Source of the DNA: Vicugna vicugna
Lineage: Eukaryota
Direction: 5' to 3'
DNA length: 64,000 bases
NCBI GenBank assembly: GCA_013265495.1
Contig: MU058451.1
Span: 62,001-126,000, forward strand
Shown: positions 63,556 to 64,000 of the stretch, piece by piece
Layout: every line of letters starts with the position of its first letter
Position numbering within the stretch: position 1 is the first letter of the stretch
The notes under the pieces: model-generated
What the model was told of the DNA's origin: nothing
The model's input: only the letters and a program-made list of their open reading frames with translations
The model's database searches: none
Program-made: the position numbers and the translations under genes

Positions 63556-63670
63556 TTTTTTTTGGTGTGGCAGGGTGGTAATTAGGTATTTATTTATTTC
63601 TAGAGGAGGTGCTGGGAATTGAACCCAGGATCTTGTGCATGCTAAGCACCAGGCGTTGTATCCTAGCAAC
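63556..63670 (-). mobile_element. Vic-1-like SINE with degraded 5' end
   Basis: Tail and B box clear. Confidence 0.8.
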
Positions 63671-63683
63671 TCGCACCAGGAGG

Positions 63684-63684
<1 letters not shown>

Positions 63685-63714
<30 letters not shown>
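63685..63714 (+). repeat. (TG)15 microsatellite about 45 nt from a PRDM14 splice donor
   Basis: Seen directly. Confidence 0.95.
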
Positions 63715-63717
<3 letters not shown>

Positions 63718-63759
63718 GTCCATGTCTGTGTGCGCGCTCTTTGCTGCTCTGATTCCTAC

Positions 63760-63962
63760 CTTGTGAGGCCGGTGCTTCTCATGAACATGAAGGATGTGGA
63801 TCCGGAGCCGGTCTCTCTTCTCAAAGGATCGTTTGCACAAGGAACAGGGAAATTTCCTGTCACCCTTGTCCACGCACGGGGTATACTTGAGGTGCTTGTC
63901 TCTGTAATACTTGTAGGTAAATACTTTGCCGCACCGCTCACATCTGTAACCTTCCGTAGACT
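63760..63962 (-). CDS. PRDM14: PRDM14 internal coding exon (zinc fingers 1-2), 203 nt
   Basis: Acceptor tgcttcacag|AG, donor AAG|gtagga. Translates STEGYRCERCGKVFTYKYYRDKHLKYTPCVDKGDRKFPCSLCKRSFEKRDRLRIHILHVHEKHRPHK, recognised as the start of the PRDM14 zinc-finger array. Confidence 0.96.
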
Positions 63963-64000
63963 CTGTGAAGCACAGGGAGGAGTGTCAGCTACCTTCCCTT

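Noticed and set aside
63535..63759. ORF extension VGIRAAK...KLQD beyond the PRDM14 exon
   Set aside because: Intron read-through into a microsatellite and SINE past a canonical donor.

Overview
Mammalian genomic DNA, very probably camelid: about 15 copies of a tRNA-Ala(AGC)-derived SINE match my recollection of camelid Vic-1. The right end holds the last three coding exons (six C2H2 zinc fingers), stop codon, 3' UTR and poly(A) signal of PRDM14 on the minus strand. The remaining ~56 kb lies downstream of PRDM14 (towards SLCO5A1 if synteny with human holds). It contains an RPL13 processed pseudogene with an internal in-frame 15-mer expansion and two near-identical copies of a 1.74-kb block carrying an FTL processed pseudogene with a mutated IRE. 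It also has a ~100-bp TSD-flanked retrocopy of only an mRNA 5' end, a composite L1 insertion consistent with 3' transduction, and many old L1/L2/MIR/MaLR/DNA-transposon relics. A CpG island split by an assembly gap has exon-like splice signals. No prokaryote-type system (CRISPR, operon) is present. Gene and repeat-family names come from recognition of the sequence, not database searches; coordinates of old repeats are approximate.
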